From the human T2T-CHM13v2.0 reference genome, Homo sapiens, in contig CP068257.2 in the NCBI GenBank assembly GCA_009914755.4, positions 31,328,001 to 31,392,000 on the forward strand: a DNA stretch of 64,000 bases, written 5' to 3'. Positions 62,740 to 64,000 of this stretch are shown piece by piece. The position numbers were made by a program, and so were the translations under genes. The notes below the pieces were generated by a model, which worked only from the letters and a program-made list of their open reading frames with translations, was not told the DNA's origin and did not search any database. The first letter of the stretch is position 1; each line of letters starts with the position of its first letter.

Positions 62740-64000
62740 CCAAGCACCTGCCAAGTGCCAGGGCCTGTCCTCCGCACCCGGCGTGAACTGTCCTGGACCA
62801 GTCCCGGGAGCCGCGGTTCTGACCAGCCGTGCTGACCCTGGACGACTCCATGAGCTGTTTTGTGAGAAAGACACGCCATTTGTTTGCAGAGTTCTGACTT
62901 CTGAGGGGTCATGTAGCACATGTTTGGTAGCCAAACGCTGTCATTCACGACCAGGAGCGATGGCTGCAATGCCTTTTTCTTTGCTTTGCTTTCCGGTGCC
63001 GGGAGCCTTGCCTCCCGCCGCCACCCCTGGTCAGCTCTGCGCAAGAACGTCGTTCTGTTTGGCAGCCAGGCCGAGACGCAGCCTGAATGTGAGCAGGAAC
63101 TCGGAGAAGGGAAGGGAGAGAATCAGAAAGAAGGCCCGGGAGGGACCCGGGAAGCAGTGGGAGGTCTGCGCCCTGGAGCCCCGCGAGAGCCCGCCGGTTT
63201 GGCACGGGCTCCTCCCGGGCCGCCCGGCGGTCCAACAAAGGCCGGCCCCGACACGCACCCGGTCTTTTGTGGGAGAGAAACACAAAGAAGAGGGAAAAAC
63301 ACGGAGGAGGCCAACAGCACCAGGACGCGGGGGCCAACCAGGAACTCCCGGAGCCGGGGCCCATTAGCCTCTGCAAATGAGCACTCCATTCCCCAGGAAG
63401 GGGCCCCAGCTGCGCGCGCTGGTGGGAACCGCAGTGCCTGGGACCCGCCCAGGTCGCCCACCCCGGGCGCCGGGCGCAGGACCCGGACAAGTCCTGGGGA
63501 CGCCTCCAGGACGCACCAGGGCAAGCTTGGGCACCGGGATCTAATTTCTAGTTATTCCTGGGACGGGGTGGGGAGGCATAGGAGACACACCGAGAGGTAC
63601 TCAGCATCCGATTGGCACCAGGGCCAAGGGAGCCCAGGGGCGACACAGACCTCCCCGACCTCCCAAGCTACTCCGGCGACGGGAGGATGTTGAGGGAAGC
63701 CTGCCAGGTGAAGAAGGGGCCAGCAGCAGCACAGAGCTTCCGACTTTGCCTTCCAGGCTCTAGACTCGCGCCATGCCAAGACGGGCCCCTCGACTTTCAC
63801 CCCTGACTCCCAACTCCAGCCACTGGACCGAGCGCGCAAAGAACCTGAGACCGCTTGCTCTCACCGCCGCAAGTCGGTCGCAGGACAGACACCAGTGGGC
63901 AGCAACAAAAAAAGAAACCGGGTTCCGGGACACGTGCCGGCGGCTGGACTAACCTCAGCGGCTGCAACCAAGGAGCGCGCACGTTGCGCCTGCTGGTGTT
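62740..64000. promoter_or_regulatory. CpG island 2 (runs off the window edge): probable promoter/5' UTR region of an unidentified gene
   Basis: >70% GC, CpG every few bp ('ccgggagccgcggttctgaccagccgtgctgaccctggacgactcc', 'gcgcgcgctggtgggaaccgcagtgcctgggacccgcccaggtcgcccaccccgggcgccgggcgcaggacccgg', 'ctagactcgcgccatgccaagacgggcccctcgac...ccggcggctggactaacctcagcggctgcaaccaaggagcgcgcacgttgcgcctgc'); stop-poor in all frames, giving artefactual 130-260-aa ORFs on both strands. Confidence 0.7.

Noticed and set aside
62654-63693. Overlapping 130-257-aa ORFs on both strands inside CpG island 2 (and 60073-60625 in island 1)
   Set aside because: GC-rich DNA is depleted of TAA/TAG/TGA. The translations are low-complexity P/G/R/A-rich with no recognisable domain, and ORFs exist simultaneously in several frames and on both strands. 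The ORF caller also used GTG starts.

Overview
This window is human (catarrhine primate) nuclear DNA. It is not a prokaryotic or viral locus, so no defence system, operon, CRISPR array, tRNA or rRNA is present.

The evidence for primate origin is a set of named repeat families:
- at least 12 Alu SINEs, several with intact target-site duplications;
- multiple L1 fragments, including a 159-aa ORF2 C-terminal remnant;
- a solo HERV-K (HML-2) LTR5-type LTR;
- about 11 ERVL-MaLR LTRs (THE1/MST- and MLT1-like), plus MIR SINEs;
- many microsatellites: (CA)n, (TG)n, a 350-bp GGAA/GA purine tract, (TTCC)n, a 46-nt poly-T.

Roughly the first 59 kb is AT-rich and repeat-dense, gene-desert-like sequence. 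I see no credible protein-coding exon in it. Every long ORF in the track is explained by Alu, L1 or LTR sequence, by low-complexity microsatellite translation, or by GC-rich stop-poor DNA.

The last ~4 kb (59.8–64.0 kb) holds two CpG islands: one at 59.8–60.65 kb and one from 62.74 kb to beyond the window edge. They look like the promoter and 5' region of a gene I cannot name from sequence alone. The first island carries a Kozak-context ATG followed by a strong GT donor motif.

Upstream there are several repeat-free blocks that retain CpGs and look like distal regulatory elements. The largest (18.1–19.7 kb) is an orphan CpG-island-like block bracketed by a Z-DNA-prone (TG)n tract and an H-DNA-prone GGAA tract. 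A second (31.5–31.9 kb) is dense in TAAT and TGACAG-type homeodomain/TALE motifs. A third, weaker candidate lies at 48.9–49.33 kb.

Taken together, the window reads as the upstream regulatory flank of a CpG-island (possibly developmental) gene. It is not a novel molecular system. All coordinates are hand-indexed and may be off by a few bp.
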